From contig JBNKBE010000003.1 of the NCBI GenBank assembly GCA_050287085.1, forward strand, positions 111,350 to 175,349: DNA of 64,000 nt, written 5' to 3'. The stretch is from Polyangiaceae bacterium. Lineage in GTDB: Bacteria > Myxococcota_A > Polyangia > Polyangiales > Polyangiaceae. How positions within the stretch are numbered: the first letter of the stretch is position 1; each line of letters opens with the position of its first letter. Shown here one piece after another: positions 37,677-48,112 of the stretch. The notes below the pieces were generated by a model. It had not been told where the DNA came from, searched no databases, and saw only the letters and a program-made list of their open reading frames with translations. Both the position numbers and the translations under genes were made by a program.

Positions 37677-37952
37677 TCAGAAGGGTTCCTTCAAGAGCGC
37701 CTTTTCTATCCGATGAAGAAAAGGCTGTCGCAGCGTGGCGAGCGTCATCTTGGGCTGCAAACGACTGACGTCCACCGACGCGATCGGTTTTTGGACGCGC
37801 CCGACGATAGTCACTTCTCCGACGGTGACGACTTCCTCTTCGGCATGCGCCGGAAGGGCTGTCAGCCCCCAGGCCACCACGAGACTGGCCGCCGCGAAAC
37901 GGCCCAATCCTGCCGCCCACCGGGCGCTCGTTTGTTTACTGGAAGCCATCAT
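37677..37952 (-). CDS. GltF/CglF-like small secreted protein
   Basis: Signal peptide (PAHA-E), 'EVTIVGRVQKP' and C-terminal 'F..I......PF'; lies between the GltE-like and GltG-like genes. Confidence 0.72.
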   Translation of the reverse strand: MMASSKQTSARWAAGLGRFAAASLVVAWGLTALPAHAEEEVVTVGEVTIVGRVQKPIASVDVSRLQPKMTLATLRQPFLHRIEKALLKEPF

Positions 37953-39204
37953 CCCCTGGAGCACTCATAGCTTGAATGATTGTGAGCTTGTGTCGAGCCC
38001 GTTGCAAGAGCTCATCGACGTCGTCCCCCGAGCCCATGGGACTCCTCGGTCGCATCGACTTATAGCGCTCGAAAGCCGCGATGGCGCGTTCGATAGCGGC
38101 CTGTTCACCGACACCATCGACCTTCGAGAACATGTAGACCAGCCCAATGTTGTAGTAGGGAGCCGGGAGCTTCGGCGCGGCTTGAGTGACCCACTCGAGC
38201 TGCGTCAAGGCCTGCTTCGGGCGTCCGCGCAGGCGATAGGCGTCACCCAAGTTCAAGTGCACGAGCGGGTTGGCGGGCTCGAAAGCGAGCGCGCCCTCGA
38301 GCAGGGGAATCGCTTCCATTGAGTTGCCCGCTTCCAACAGGAAGGCCGCGAGATCAACCCTTGCCTCGACAATGTCCGGGCGCAGCTCCACGACACGCCG
38401 CAAATCGGCAATCGCGCCTCGCCGATTGTTTTGCTCCTTGTAGATGAGCGCACGCAGGAGCAGCGCCTCCGGGTTGTCTCGGTCACGTGGGGGATTCTCC
38501 GGGCCATAGCCATCGAGAATCGCGGTCAAGGCGTAGAGTGCGAGGTCGAGCCGACGATTGCGGTAGTGGTCGCGGGCCAAGACCACCATGGCGCCCCGAT
38601 AGTCCGGATCCTGCTTCAGCGCTTGTTGCGCCAGCTGCTGGGCGGCCTGTGAGTCTTTCGAGGCACTCTTGAGTTCCGCCATCGCGGCCAGGACTGCGGC
38701 GCTCGACGGCGCTCGACTTCGGAGCTGACTCAGATAGCCCAGGGCTTCCGCCATCCGCCCGCTCTGGATGTACAGACGCGTGACGGCCTCGACCGCTGGC
38801 GCATACTCTGGCGCCGAAGAAAGTACCTCCCGGTACTGAGACAACGCGCCGCCAACGTCACCGCGACGCTCGGCCACAGCCCCGAGTCCCACATGCGCTT
38901 GATGGGCGTCGGGCTGCGCCGCGAGCGCCTCGCGAAACGAGCGCTCCGCCGCAGCGAGGTCCCCGGCAGCAAAAGCGCGCTGTCCGGCGCCCAAGGCGGC
39001 ACCCGCTGAAGCGTTCAATTCGATCACCCTGGGCTTCGGCCGCTCTGGCTCGGCCTTGACGACAGGGGGCGGTGGCAAGAGCTCGTCCTTCTGTTCCCCC
39101 GCCGTCGCGACCTGAGCTGTGGGGGCCCCGCCGCCGCACCCCACAAGCATCAGGCTCAGCACCGAGCCGAAGCGCACGAGCGTGCTACCCCACGCGCCGC
39201 TCAC
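37936..39204 (-). CDS. GltE/AglT-like TPR lipoprotein
   Basis: Lipobox LVGC; many TPR motifs (e.g. VHLNLGDAYRLRG, YYNIGLVY). GTGA overlap with the upstream gene. Confidence 0.8.
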   Translation of the reverse strand: MSGAWGSTLVRFGSVLSLMLVGCGGGAPTAQVATAGEQKDELLPPPPVVKAEPERPKPRVIELNASAGAALGAGQRAFAAGDLAAAERSFREALAAQPDAHQAHVGLGAVAERRGDVGGALSQYREVLSSAPEYAPAVEAVTRLYIQSGRMAEALGYLSQLRSRAPSSAAVLAAMAELKSASKDSQAAQQLAQQALKQDPDYRGAMVVLARDHYRNRRLDLALYALTAILDGYGPENPPRDRDNPEALLLRALIYKEQNNRRGAIADLRRVVELRPDIVEARVDLAAFLLEAGNSMEAIPLLEGALAFEPANPLVHLNLGDAYRLRGRPKQALTQLEWVTQAAPKLPAPYYNIGLVYMFSKVDGVGEQAAIERAIAAFERYKSMRPRSPMGSGDDVDELLQRARHKLTIIQAMSAPGDDGFQ

Positions 39205-42200
39205 TGCCCCACCTCCACCGCCACCGGAGCTACCGGAGGCAGACCGTTTGGCTCGGGTGAGGTCACCAAGCCGGGTCGGATCCGCAGGAACATCCCCGGT
39301 CGATAGTCGAGCCCCTGCACCCGTGCGGTATAGCTCTGGAGTTTTGCCTCACCAATCACATCGGTGAAGAAGCTCAAGCGCTGTATGGCGCGAACGACAG
39401 CAGGCGTCGAAACGTTGTAGCGGCGCGCCATCGCGATGGCGTTGCCGTAACGAGCCACCATGATCTGGTCGGCTGAGGTCAACTCCCGATCGCGAGCGTC
39501 GCGCCACTGATTCTCGACGCGGACCCGAATGGCGTCCGCTTTTTCCTGCAGCACGGGATTATCACTCTCCTCAGCTAGACGCAGCTTCTTCTCGGTAGCC
39601 GCGTCGAACATCTGCAGCTCAGGAGGTCGCGCATTGAATAGCCCCGTCCGAAGCGAGTCGTACAACGTCCCCTGGCGGGCAACGGCCGCGGTCGCCCACT
39701 CGGGCGCGGCATAGTCGTCGACAACACGCTGCAGTCGGTCGAACCATTGTTTTGCATCGGAGGCCGCGGCCCGATAGGCCGTCAACACCTCTTGCGGGGT
39801 TCCCTTGAAATGGTGATACCCCGCGTCGTAGTCAAACGCCTGCGCGAGTTGGCGATCGAGCATGATGTAGGCCCCCTCGGCGGCCATTGCCGCAACGCGC
39901 CCGCCCAGAGCTGAGCTAGAGCCGTCCGCCGCGCGCGGTGCGGTAGCTTTGTGTTGCGCGAAGGCGTTCATCGCTCGCTGCCACCACACGGAGTCACCGG
40001 ATCCGTCCGCCTGGCGCATCTTCGCAACCCAGTAGGCCGCCTCGACAACGTAGGGAGCCGCGGCCAGATTATCTGCGTTCTGTCGATAGTAGGCGCTCAT
40101 CGCGCTTTCCGCCTCAGCCCGGGCCCGCGCATTGGCTCCCGTGTTTGGGCTGAATTGGTCCCAACGCTTCAAGGGAGCACCTGCCAAGACGAAATCCGCC
40201 TCCGCTCGCGTTGCGGCGTCAGGCCCAAGACCGACAAGTGCGGTGTGGGTACGGCGCATGCCCGCCTTGTCCCCCAGGCTGGCGTAGAGGCTGAGCGCCT
40301 GCTGCGCGGCCTCCTGCCGTGCGGCAGGCGCAAAGTGTTGAACTCCCGCGATCGTATCAAATGTGGAAGCCGCCTTGGGGTAGTCGAAAAACAACACGTT
40401 GGCGCTGGCCAGCGCGTCGTAGGCCAGTTTCAGAAACTTCACCCGAGCAGCGTACTGAGCTGGATCTGCCGCAACGGGCGGAGACGCTGCGGCGTCACCG
40501 TTGACCAGTTGCTGCAACTTCGTTTCGCTGCCGTAGCGAGAAATGAACAGCTCGTACATTTCAATCGCCTTGTCGTACTCACCCACCTGCTTGTAGGCAA
40601 AGGCACCGTTCATTGCCGCCTCGGGAGCTTCGTCCCGATCAGGAGCTGCGTCCAAGGCCTTCTTATACGCGGCCGCCGCCTCCCGCCACTTGGCGTCGCG
40701 GTCGGCTCCTGCAGGCAAGGCCTCAGCCGCATCGTACAACTCGCGGGCATCGAGGTAAGCCACCCCTTGACGAACCGGTTTCCGAATTGCGTCTTCTTTG
40801 GCGCGCGTCTCCTCGTCGAAAGCGCAACTACGACCGTCAGCAAGCTCGCGGCTTCGGGCCGCGTCGCCTTCGAAGTTGCTCATACTCAGGAGCATCTCCC
40901 ACGCTCGATAACCCCACTCATTGCGACCGCAGTGCTGCTCCAGAATCGCTTCGAAACGGGGTCTGGCGTGCTTGAAGTCCCCGTAGACGAAGAATAGCTC
41001 GGCAGCCTGGAACGCGTAGGTCAGGCCATTTTTCTGCGGATCGTTGGCGAGTTCGATGCGACGATTGTAGTCGTCCCGCGCCAGCGCCGCGCGGAGCACC
41101 GCCTTGGGAACAGGCTCCTGCACCACCTGGCGATCAGCACCCGTCCCAGAAAACTCGACGTTGTCGCGTCGCCGAAGCCCCAAAGCACCACCCGTTTGCT
41201 CGTACAGGCGGTACTGATCTTCGAGCACTTGGTCTGCCACGCTGACGACGTAGTAGGCTGCCGGCTGGAGGTAAAGGTCGTCCTCGTTGGAGTCTCGCAC
41301 ATCTTCGGCGGCGGCAATGGCGCGCTCAACCTCTTCAGCAGCAGGTGTCACTCGATTTTCGACCTGCGTCGATACGAGGCCATGTAGGGCATCCGCCAGC
41401 CAGAAGCGACTCTCGTAGGCGTCCACCGCATTCGGATTCTGATCGATATACGCCGCCCACCCCTGCGCTGCCTGTTGATACTCGTCTGTCGCCTTGGCCA
41501 GCAGGGTCCCTTTTGCAGAGGAGCTCTGCACCTCGGCCGCCCGCGCCAGATAGGCGCGAGCAAAGTTCGTGTGATCGGCTGCAGCTCGTTGCAACCCGAC
41601 GCGCACGAGCTCCTCGGCCTCGATCAAAGCCTCAGGATCATCTTCGTTGGCTTTCTTCCAAGGGCTATCGCCGACGAAGGCAGACAGTCTGGTCCGAGCG
41701 GCGAGCGCCAGCGCGTTGAGCTCATCCTGCGCTGCAGAGCCCTCCTTGGCCTGCCGAGCCAGCTCGTCGTAGATGTCTGCAGCCCGAGCTTGCAGCTTAG
41801 GCGCGTCGCGATCCAGCCCAAACTTGGCGAGCGCCAGCTCGAGCGCCTGGACAGCGTTGTGTAGTTGCCCCATCTCGGAGAACTCACGCGCGAGGGCCTT
41901 GTAGATCTCGACGGTCCACTTCTCCTCTTGAGGGATCAGACGCGGATCCTGCAGTCGAGTCAGAGCCACGCTCATCTTGCGCTCGGCAACGATGGGATCT
42001 GGCTCGAGATCCAACACGTCGTTGCGCGGAATGTAGGGGTGAGCGGGCGGCGGCCCCGCAAAATCCACATAGGTCAACGAGGCGGCGATATACGTATAAG
42101 CCTCCTCCCGAAAGTCGGTCCCAGGATCCCCCGTTTCGGCCTCGAGCTCGTCGGCATGCTGCAAGAGCTGAACGAAGGCCTGCACAGTCGGCTGATAGCG

Positions 42201-43376
42201 CTGCTCCCTAAACAGGGTCCAGGCCAACTTGTAGAGGGCTACGCCGTAGAGCGGTGGTTTCCTGTATTGGAGTGAATGCTGATACGCGGAGAGCGCTCGA
42301 TTGAAAGCATATGGCCCGGCCCCCGTATCCAGCTGATCGAAATGGAAATTGCCGAGTTGCCACCAAACCTCCGCAACGTAGCGAGGCTCCTGCCCAGGCA
42401 ATACCTCCTGTACGATCGCCTCGCAATCCTCGTAGGGGTCGACGAAACGCAGTTCTTCATCGCGCGCCGCAACCCCCCCCGCGACGATGCTCGCATCATC
42501 GCTTCCGACCTGGTCGAGCGGCAACGGATGACGCCCGTACCATTCCCCCCAGAACTCTTCATCGTGGTCTTGCGCAAGCGGCTGCGGCTTGAGATCGCGC
42601 GTCACGGTGAAGCGATTCTCACAGACCAGGGCTCGCCAAACCTGCTGAGCCTGCTCCAACTCGGCCACGTCGTTGAGAGCGTGTCCCAGATAGTAGTGCA
42701 CCCCCGCGCGCTCCTTGTAGCCCGGAAACTGGTCGATGATGCCAAGGTACAGAGCTATCGAAGGCCCCAGCGCAGCTGGCAGCTTTTCAGCCGGCCCCAG
42801 CCGCGCTTTCTCCTCTTTGAGCGCCGCCAGCCGATACATAGCATCCGGGGTCGCTTCCGGATGTGAGTTGGCGCCCCCGTAGCGATCAAGGAAAGCTTCC
42901 AGTCGCCGGATTGCCTCATCGCGCGCCGCATCAAGCTGCTCACGTTCTACAGCAATCTGCTTGTCGAGTTCCTCGATCACGCGTCGCCGCCGTTCCTTGA
43001 AGTGATGGCGAACAATGATCGACAACAACTGCTCGTAGTCTTCAGCAGCGGCCACATAGGTCGCCGTCTCCTCTCGCAGCTCAGACAACGCCCGCACTTG
43101 CTCGGGAGAAGGCCCAGCTGGCGGTGGAGTAAGCGCGGCAACACTGCTAGACGCGGCGGGCGGCACGGCGGCTCCCGATTCGCCCCCTTCCTGGGATGAA
43201 GCAGCGCCACCAGAAGCGCTCGCCGCCCCCGCCGCTGGCTCTGAGACGGCGCTGTCGTCCGGCTCAACCGACTCCCCCTGGCCCGACTTCTGCTCCACAG
43301 CTCGGGCTAGATGAACGGCCAAGACAAGCGACGCTGCCAACCCATAGACCGCCACGCCGCGACCTTTGCGGCTCAT
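39201..43376 (-). CDS. GltD/AgmU-like large secreted TPR protein (1391 aa)
   Basis: Signal peptide; PDAMYRLA, LGNFHFD, ALYKLAWT, FREEAYTY and other TPR-like segments; cluster position. Confidence 0.78.
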   Translation of the reverse strand: MSRKGRGVAVYGLAASLVLAVHLARAVEQKSGQGESVEPDDSAVSEPAAGAASASGGAASSQEGGESGAAVPPAASSSVAALTPPPAGPSPEQVRALSELREETATYVAAAEDYEQLLSIIVRHHFKERRRRVIEELDKQIAVEREQLDAARDEAIRRLEAFLDRYGGANSHPEATPDAMYRLAALKEEKARLGPAEKLPAALGPSIALYLGIIDQFPGYKERAGVHYYLGHALNDVAELEQAQQVWRALVCENRFTVTRDLKPQPLAQDHDEEFWGEWYGRHPLPLDQVGSDDASIVAGGVAARDEELRFVDPYEDCEAIVQEVLPGQEPRYVAEVWWQLGNFHFDQLDTGAGPYAFNRALSAYQHSLQYRKPPLYGVALYKLAWTLFREQRYQPTVQAFVQLLQHADELEAETGDPGTDFREEAYTYIAASLTYVDFAGPPPAHPYIPRNDVLDLEPDPIVAERKMSVALTRLQDPRLIPQEEKWTVEIYKALAREFSEMGQLHNAVQALELALAKFGLDRDAPKLQARAADIYDELARQAKEGSAAQDELNALALAARTRLSAFVGDSPWKKANEDDPEALIEAEELVRVGLQRAAADHTNFARAYLARAAEVQSSSAKGTLLAKATDEYQQAAQGWAAYIDQNPNAVDAYESRFWLADALHGLVSTQVENRVTPAAEEVERAIAAAEDVRDSNEDDLYLQPAAYYVVSVADQVLEDQYRLYEQTGGALGLRRRDNVEFSGTGADRQVVQEPVPKAVLRAALARDDYNRRIELANDPQKNGLTYAFQAAELFFVYGDFKHARPRFEAILEQHCGRNEWGYRAWEMLLSMSNFEGDAARSRELADGRSCAFDEETRAKEDAIRKPVRQGVAYLDARELYDAAEALPAGADRDAKWREAAAAYKKALDAAPDRDEAPEAAMNGAFAYKQVGEYDKAIEMYELFISRYGSETKLQQLVNGDAAASPPVAADPAQYAARVKFLKLAYDALASANVLFFDYPKAASTFDTIAGVQHFAPAARQEAAQQALSLYASLGDKAGMRRTHTALVGLGPDAATRAEADFVLAGAPLKRWDQFSPNTGANARARAEAESAMSAYYRQNADNLAAAPYVVEAAYWVAKMRQADGSGDSVWWQRAMNAFAQHKATAPRAADGSSSALGGRVAAMAAEGAYIMLDRQLAQAFDYDAGYHHFKGTPQEVLTAYRAAASDAKQWFDRLQRVVDDYAAPEWATAAVARQGTLYDSLRTGLFNARPPELQMFDAATEKKLRLAEESDNPVLQEKADAIRVRVENQWRDARDRELTSADQIMVARYGNAIAMARRYNVSTPAVVRAIQRLSFFTDVIGEAKLQSYTARVQGLDYRPGMFLRIRPGLVTSPEPNGLPPVAPVAVEVGQ

Positions 43377-45778
43377 TGTGTGGCCTCCTGCTCCAACACT
43401 TCGCGAAGCTCACCGTCCAAGGCCCGCTCTTCGCGAGCGCGCGCCCGCTGCAAGGTCTGCAAGCGCTCCAAATGGCGTGCCCGAACCTCCCAGGCTTGCT
43501 GGGCAATGCCAATGTCGGCGCGCATCACAATGCTGCGCAGCCGCTTGCCGACGACCGCAAAGCCGTCTTTTGCCGCTTCTCCAATCCAGCGACGACTGCT
43601 GCTTTCCACCCGCTCGAGGCCTTCTTTTTGTGAAGTCATCTGCGCCGCCTCAGCCGCGACTTTCACCCGCAGAGCCCCAACCCCGCTCTCGATCTCGCGT
43701 TCAAGGGCAGCACGCCGCTGCGCCAGCCGCGTATCAGCCGCCTGCAGACGCTGCCAAACAGAGGCCGCAGCCTCCGCAAACGCTCGAGCTTGCGGTCCCG
43801 CCACCCCTGAGGCGGCAAGCTCGAACTCACGCCCAAACGCCTGGCTGAACTCATGCTTGACACGTTCGTCACTCGCGGTCCGAACGTCGCCAAAGCCCAC
43901 CTGAAGCCGACCCAAATCAATCGCCTTGCGCAAGGCGTCCACCCGCGCGCGGTAGTCTGCGAGCTCCTTGTGCGTGCGAACCAGCTCCTGTTCAATGCGC
44001 CCTTGGAGGCCCGGCCGATTCGAGACGCCAAAGCGGTGAGCCTCCCGCAGTACCCGCTCCAAGCCGTTGGCGATGGCACGCAGCTTGTCCGTCTCCAACT
44101 CCACGCGCTGCAACTGCTGCGAGAGGCTCAGCCATTCTTTGCGAGCCGCGCCGTCGCGCTCGGCAAAGTCGCGCCGGGTCAGGGGCAACCATTCGAAGCG
44201 AGACATGAGGGGCGCCCGTTGGGCCCGCAACGCAGCCCCCTCAGCGTTGGGCGCTGCGAGCTCGTCATAGGCCAAAGCCAACGCGTGCCTTCCCCGAGCA
44301 ATGCGGTTTTGCAGGCCCACGGTCAGCATGAGCTTCGCGCGCAGCTCTGGCATAGCGCCCGTGCGGGCAGGCGAGTCAAGCACCGCGTTCATGCGCGCCA
44401 CCATATCTTCGGATTCTGTCACCAAGCGTCGAGAACGGGAGATGTCATCGATCAGAGCAAAGACCGGATCCTCCTGCTCTTGACCCAACCAATCCAGCAA
44501 CAAGGGCGGCAGCGGCTGGTCCGAGGACACCCCCAGACGGCTGTCTAGCAGACGCTCGTAGTACAGCTCGGGCTCGTCGTGCGCGCGCAGGAACTCTTCA
44601 ATCTGCTCCTGCACTGGGGCAAACTCCCGACGGACTTTGCGATAGGCATAGAGCGCATCTTCATACTGCTGAGCACGAAGCATGAGATCTGCCCGCAGGA
44701 GCTCTCCCTCCGCGAACTCCAACTCCTCAGGGGCGACCACGCTGAGCACCTCCAGGGCCCGCTGCGCCTCTTCGTAGTCTTCAAGCGCAATATAGGCCCA
44801 ACCCAGCTCCGACAATGCAGTGGGAAACTCCTTTGAGTCTTCCGGGACGTGACGGTAGGCGTCGACGGCGTCCAATGCGTTGCCGGTTTCGTAGAAAATG
44901 CGAGCCAAGGCGAGCCACGACAACTCGACTACCTGGCGCTGCTCTTCGCTATCCGGCTTCAAGCGCGTGACGTACTGAAACTGCAGAATCGGCCGGGCCA
45001 GGTGTTTGGCGCTGTCTGGAACTGTCGCCGCCTGCTTCGCGTCGGGTGCCACCGGGGGCTCAGCCATGGCGCCGCGTAGATACAACACGCCGAGCAAATA
45101 CTGGGCCTGCGGGTATAACGAAGCGAGCTTCGGAACCGCTCTGACGGCCGCCTCGGCGTCCCCCAACGCGCCAACGGCGTAGTGGGCCTTGGCGCGGGCG
45201 TACGCCCGAATCCCCGTCTTGTCCGGCCCCTGGAGGGTGTCCAATCTGGAGAGCAGCGCGGGAATAGCGTCCGGCCGATCGGTGCGCAGCGCCACGTCGA
45301 CCGCACGCCCCACGGCGCGCCCCAAGTAGGCTGAATACGGGTCGCGGTCCCCAAGACCTACGAGCTGCTCATAGCGATGAAGCGCTGTCAGCAGCTGCCC
45401 ATCGTGAAAGTAGGCCTCGCCGAGCATGAACAACGCATCAGCGTGGGTCGCAGCGCCAACCTGGCCTTGGGCGGCAAGCTCCACCACCTGGTGGAGGATA
45501 TCAATGGCGCGCTCGTAGTTCTTCTGCACCAGGTAGATTTCGGCGCCGGCCAGGCGCTGCTCAGGGGTCGCGCGCGGCGACTTCCACGCCCGCTCAAGCT
45601 CCTTCTCACGCCCCGCTACGACGCTTAGCGCGTCCTGCGCCTGGGACAACGCCTCGGACTCCGACAACGCGGCAGCGGGCGTCGTGAAAAGCGACGCCGT
45701 CGCTATGTACAGCAAAGCGGCGCTGGTGCGCGCAGCCGTGACGGCTTTCCGCATGCGCCTCTTACTTGACCTCGTCAT
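43373..45778 (-). CDS. GltC-like secreted TPR/coiled-coil protein
   Basis: Signal peptide; ALFMLGEAYF, AQYLLG, LALARIFYE.G...AVDAY..V...S.EF..AL.E.GW; coiled-coil C-terminal half. ATGA overlap with the downstream gene. Confidence 0.72.
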   Translation of the reverse strand: MTRSSKRRMRKAVTAARTSAALLYIATASLFTTPAAALSESEALSQAQDALSVVAGREKELERAWKSPRATPEQRLAGAEIYLVQKNYERAIDILHQVVELAAQGQVGAATHADALFMLGEAYFHDGQLLTALHRYEQLVGLGDRDPYSAYLGRAVGRAVDVALRTDRPDAIPALLSRLDTLQGPDKTGIRAYARAKAHYAVGALGDAEAAVRAVPKLASLYPQAQYLLGVLYLRGAMAEPPVAPDAKQAATVPDSAKHLARPILQFQYVTRLKPDSEEQRQVVELSWLALARIFYETGNALDAVDAYRHVPEDSKEFPTALSELGWAYIALEDYEEAQRALEVLSVVAPEELEFAEGELLRADLMLRAQQYEDALYAYRKVRREFAPVQEQIEEFLRAHDEPELYYERLLDSRLGVSSDQPLPPLLLDWLGQEQEDPVFALIDDISRSRRLVTESEDMVARMNAVLDSPARTGAMPELRAKLMLTVGLQNRIARGRHALALAYDELAAPNAEGAALRAQRAPLMSRFEWLPLTRRDFAERDGAARKEWLSLSQQLQRVELETDKLRAIANGLERVLREAHRFGVSNRPGLQGRIEQELVRTHKELADYRARVDALRKAIDLGRLQVGFGDVRTASDERVKHEFSQAFGREFELAASGVAGPQARAFAEAAASVWQRLQAADTRLAQRRAALEREIESGVGALRVKVAAEAAQMTSQKEGLERVESSSRRWIGEAAKDGFAVVGKRLRSIVMRADIGIAQQAWEVRARHLERLQTLQRARAREERALDGELREVLEQEATQ

Positions 45779-46643
45779 CGGTCAGCGCTTCGCTGCGGTC
45801 GCGCACTTTCTGCACGAATCGCAACGCGGGACGCTGCTCCACCGGAGTGGTTGCGCTCCCCTTTTCCCAGAGCACAACCTCGACCTTGGCGCTCTTGCCC
45901 TCATCGACGGTAAACGAGTGGGTCCGTTTGGCTTTGGGCTTGTACGCCTTCAGATAAGAGAACACCCCGTAGCCGTGTCCTCGCATCCCTACCACGACCT
46001 GGAGCGTATGATCGCCAGGCGGGACAGGGCCGCTGAAAATTGGGATGAGCTTCTGGGTGGACAACACCCCAGTCGCGTCCTCCTTTTTGTACTGAACAGC
46101 CCCGTCCATAACAAAGAGCAGACTCGTGATGCGAAACGCATTGCCGAGTTCGTTGCGAAAGACGATCTCGGCGTGGGCTCCCCCAAGTCCACCGGACAAG
46201 ATCGTATCGCTCAGCAAGGACAAGCGAGTGTGACTGGCGCGGATCCTCTCTTTCAGCTCGTCCACGCGACTCTCCAGATCGCGAAGTCGGATCCGATAGT
46301 CCGAGTCGGTACCTTTGGGAGCCGCTGAGCCCGGTGCCGCCGCCGTTGGAGTAGCGGGCGGCGGAGACTGAGCCGCAGGCTTCTTCGCCGCCGCTGGAGG
46401 CGGAGGCGGCTTCGTCGCGGACGCCTTCTTGTTGTCAGGCTTAGCGGGCTTTGACTTATCCGAAGGCGCGGCTGCAGGGGGCGCGGGCACGGCGGACTTA
46501 CGCCCGCTTGCGCTCGCGGCTGGAGCCGCCGTCGCCTGGGAGTCTGCGGGAGCTGCCCACGCCCCAACGGCCCCCCAGGACAGCGCGAGCCACACGCTCA
46601 ACACCATCCAGAACTTCCTCGTGCCCACTTCGCCGTTCCTCAT
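45762..46643 (-). CDS. Secreted protein (Pro/Ala/Lys linker, coiled coil, beta-sandwich domain) heading the Glt-like operon
   Basis: Signal peptide (AWA-A); LRDLESRVDELKERI coiled coil; PGDH.LQV...G.GYGVFSYL..Y. GAGG upstream of the ATG. Confidence 0.8.
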   Translation of the reverse strand: MRNGEVGTRKFWMVLSVWLALSWGAVGAWAAPADSQATAAPAASASGRKSAVPAPPAAAPSDKSKPAKPDNKKASATKPPPPPAAAKKPAAQSPPPATPTAAAPGSAAPKGTDSDYRIRLRDLESRVDELKERIRASHTRLSLLSDTILSGGLGGAHAEIVFRNELGNAFRITSLLFVMDGAVQYKKEDATGVLSTQKLIPIFSGPVPPGDHTLQVVVGMRGHGYGVFSYLKAYKPKAKRTHSFTVDEGKSAKVEVVLWEKGSATTPVEQRPALRFVQKVRDRSEALTDDEVK

Positions 46644-47420
46644 CGCGTCCTCACCACGCCCGCGCGAACCCCAAAGAGCCTGGAATTCTCTGGTACTCTA
46701 GCGAGAGAGCCCATCCAATCGAGGAAAAAAACGCGGAAAGTCCCGACCGCGAGTGGATTCCCCTCGGAATCCGCCGACGACCGGCGATGTCGGCGCCTGG
46801 GAGCCCCAGCGGAGACAAAACGGCTCGATTCGATGCCATGACTCAAGGCCCGCCCGCCGGTAAGACGGCCGCGCCCCCTCGGGGATGAGGTCTTCTGGTT
46901 GAGTAGCAGCCCCCCCGACATTGGCTCCGACCGGCGACCGCAGCGGTCAACACTTGGGCGGGCGCAGCAGGCGAACAGCGGGGCCTGGGAAGTGGCCCGC
47001 GTCACCGATGGCGTGCATGCACAGCACCCAAGCCAAAAAGCAAGTCCCGCGACGGACGACCAAGCGCCGCGCGGGTGCGGCGTAACGCCCTCCGTCCTAG
47101 ACCTGGTTGAGACCTAGTCAGCGGAGCGCCAGACTCGCGAGGACCCGCCGCGCCACGTGACCACCCTGCTATCCATCAAGTCGTTGGCAAGACTTGGGCT
47201 CGCCGACGAGCACACACTTCTAGTGAGAAAATGTGGCGGCAGCATGCGAATCCCTGTAGAGCCACATGTGAATTGCTTTGCGCCAGAATTGAGGCGCGAG
47301 CAAGAGATCAGCCTGGTACACTTTCACGACGCCAAGTCGTACGGCGCGACCGTCCGGCGGTCGGTCGTCACCTTGTGTTTTCATGTCGCCACGGGACGTG
47401 CTGCCGCGCCCCTCTCACCG

Positions 47421-48095
47421 TTGCGAAGTCTATTGCCAGCCTCGAGAGCCAAGCCTACGTCCGCGAAGAAGTCCCTGTCGCCCAACGACGCCTCGGGTGT
47501 GGCGGACGAATTGTTGATGGTGCGCTACCAACGCGGCGACCGCAAAGCGTTCGCAACCTTGGTTGAACGTCATCATCGCCCACTGTACAACTTCGTCCTA
47601 AGACTGGTCGCCGATGGCAGCGTCGCCGAGGAGCTGACCCAGGAGACTTTCCTGCGGGTGGTACAAAGGGCTGCCGACTTCAAGCACGAAGCCCGTTTCT
47701 CGACCTGGCTCTACGCCATCGCCCGCAATCTGTCGATCGACCACCTCAGAAAACGCAGGCTGCGTCAGCACCCCTCGCTCGATCAGTCCCGGACTCGTGA
47801 CCCGGAGGGGCCAACCTTGCGCGAAGCCCTGCCAGATCTTCATCCGCGCTCGAACGTCGAACGCACTGCTGTTTCGGGACAGATCGCTGACACGCTGCTG
47901 GAGGCGGTGGCAGCCCTGCCTGAAGATCAGCGGGAAGTGTATTTGCTCCGTGAAATCGCAAACTTGCCATTCAAGGAAATCGCCGAAGCGACCGACAGTG
48001 GCGAAAACACGGTCAAGAGTCGAATGCGCTACGCCCTGGAACGACTGAAGCTGGCCTTGGGGGACTTCGAAGAGTATGCGCGCGAGCTCAAGTAG
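47421..48095 (+). CDS. ECF RNA polymerase sigma factor
   Basis: DELLM.RYQRGD..AF..LV, AEELTQETFLRV, FSTWLYAIARNLSIDHLR, LP..QREV..LR....L.F.EIA......TVKSR. Start uncertain (TTG 47421/47433 or GTG 47499); 47157 is probably too long. Confidence 0.92.
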   Translation: MRSLLPASRAKPTSAKKSLSPNDASGVADELLMVRYQRGDRKAFATLVERHHRPLYNFVLRLVADGSVAEELTQETFLRVVQRAADFKHEARFSTWLYAIARNLSIDHLRKRRLRQHPSLDQSRTRDPEGPTLREALPDLHPRSNVERTAVSGQIADTLLEAVAALPEDQREVYLLREIANLPFKEIAEATDSGENTVKSRMRYALERLKLALGDFEEYARELK

Positions 48096-48112
48096 CCAAT
48101 ATAAGGTGCCCA

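Noticed and set aside
46640..47005. 121-aa minus ORF upstream of the Glt-like operon
   Set aside because: Composition is not protein-like; this is probably the promoter/leader region.
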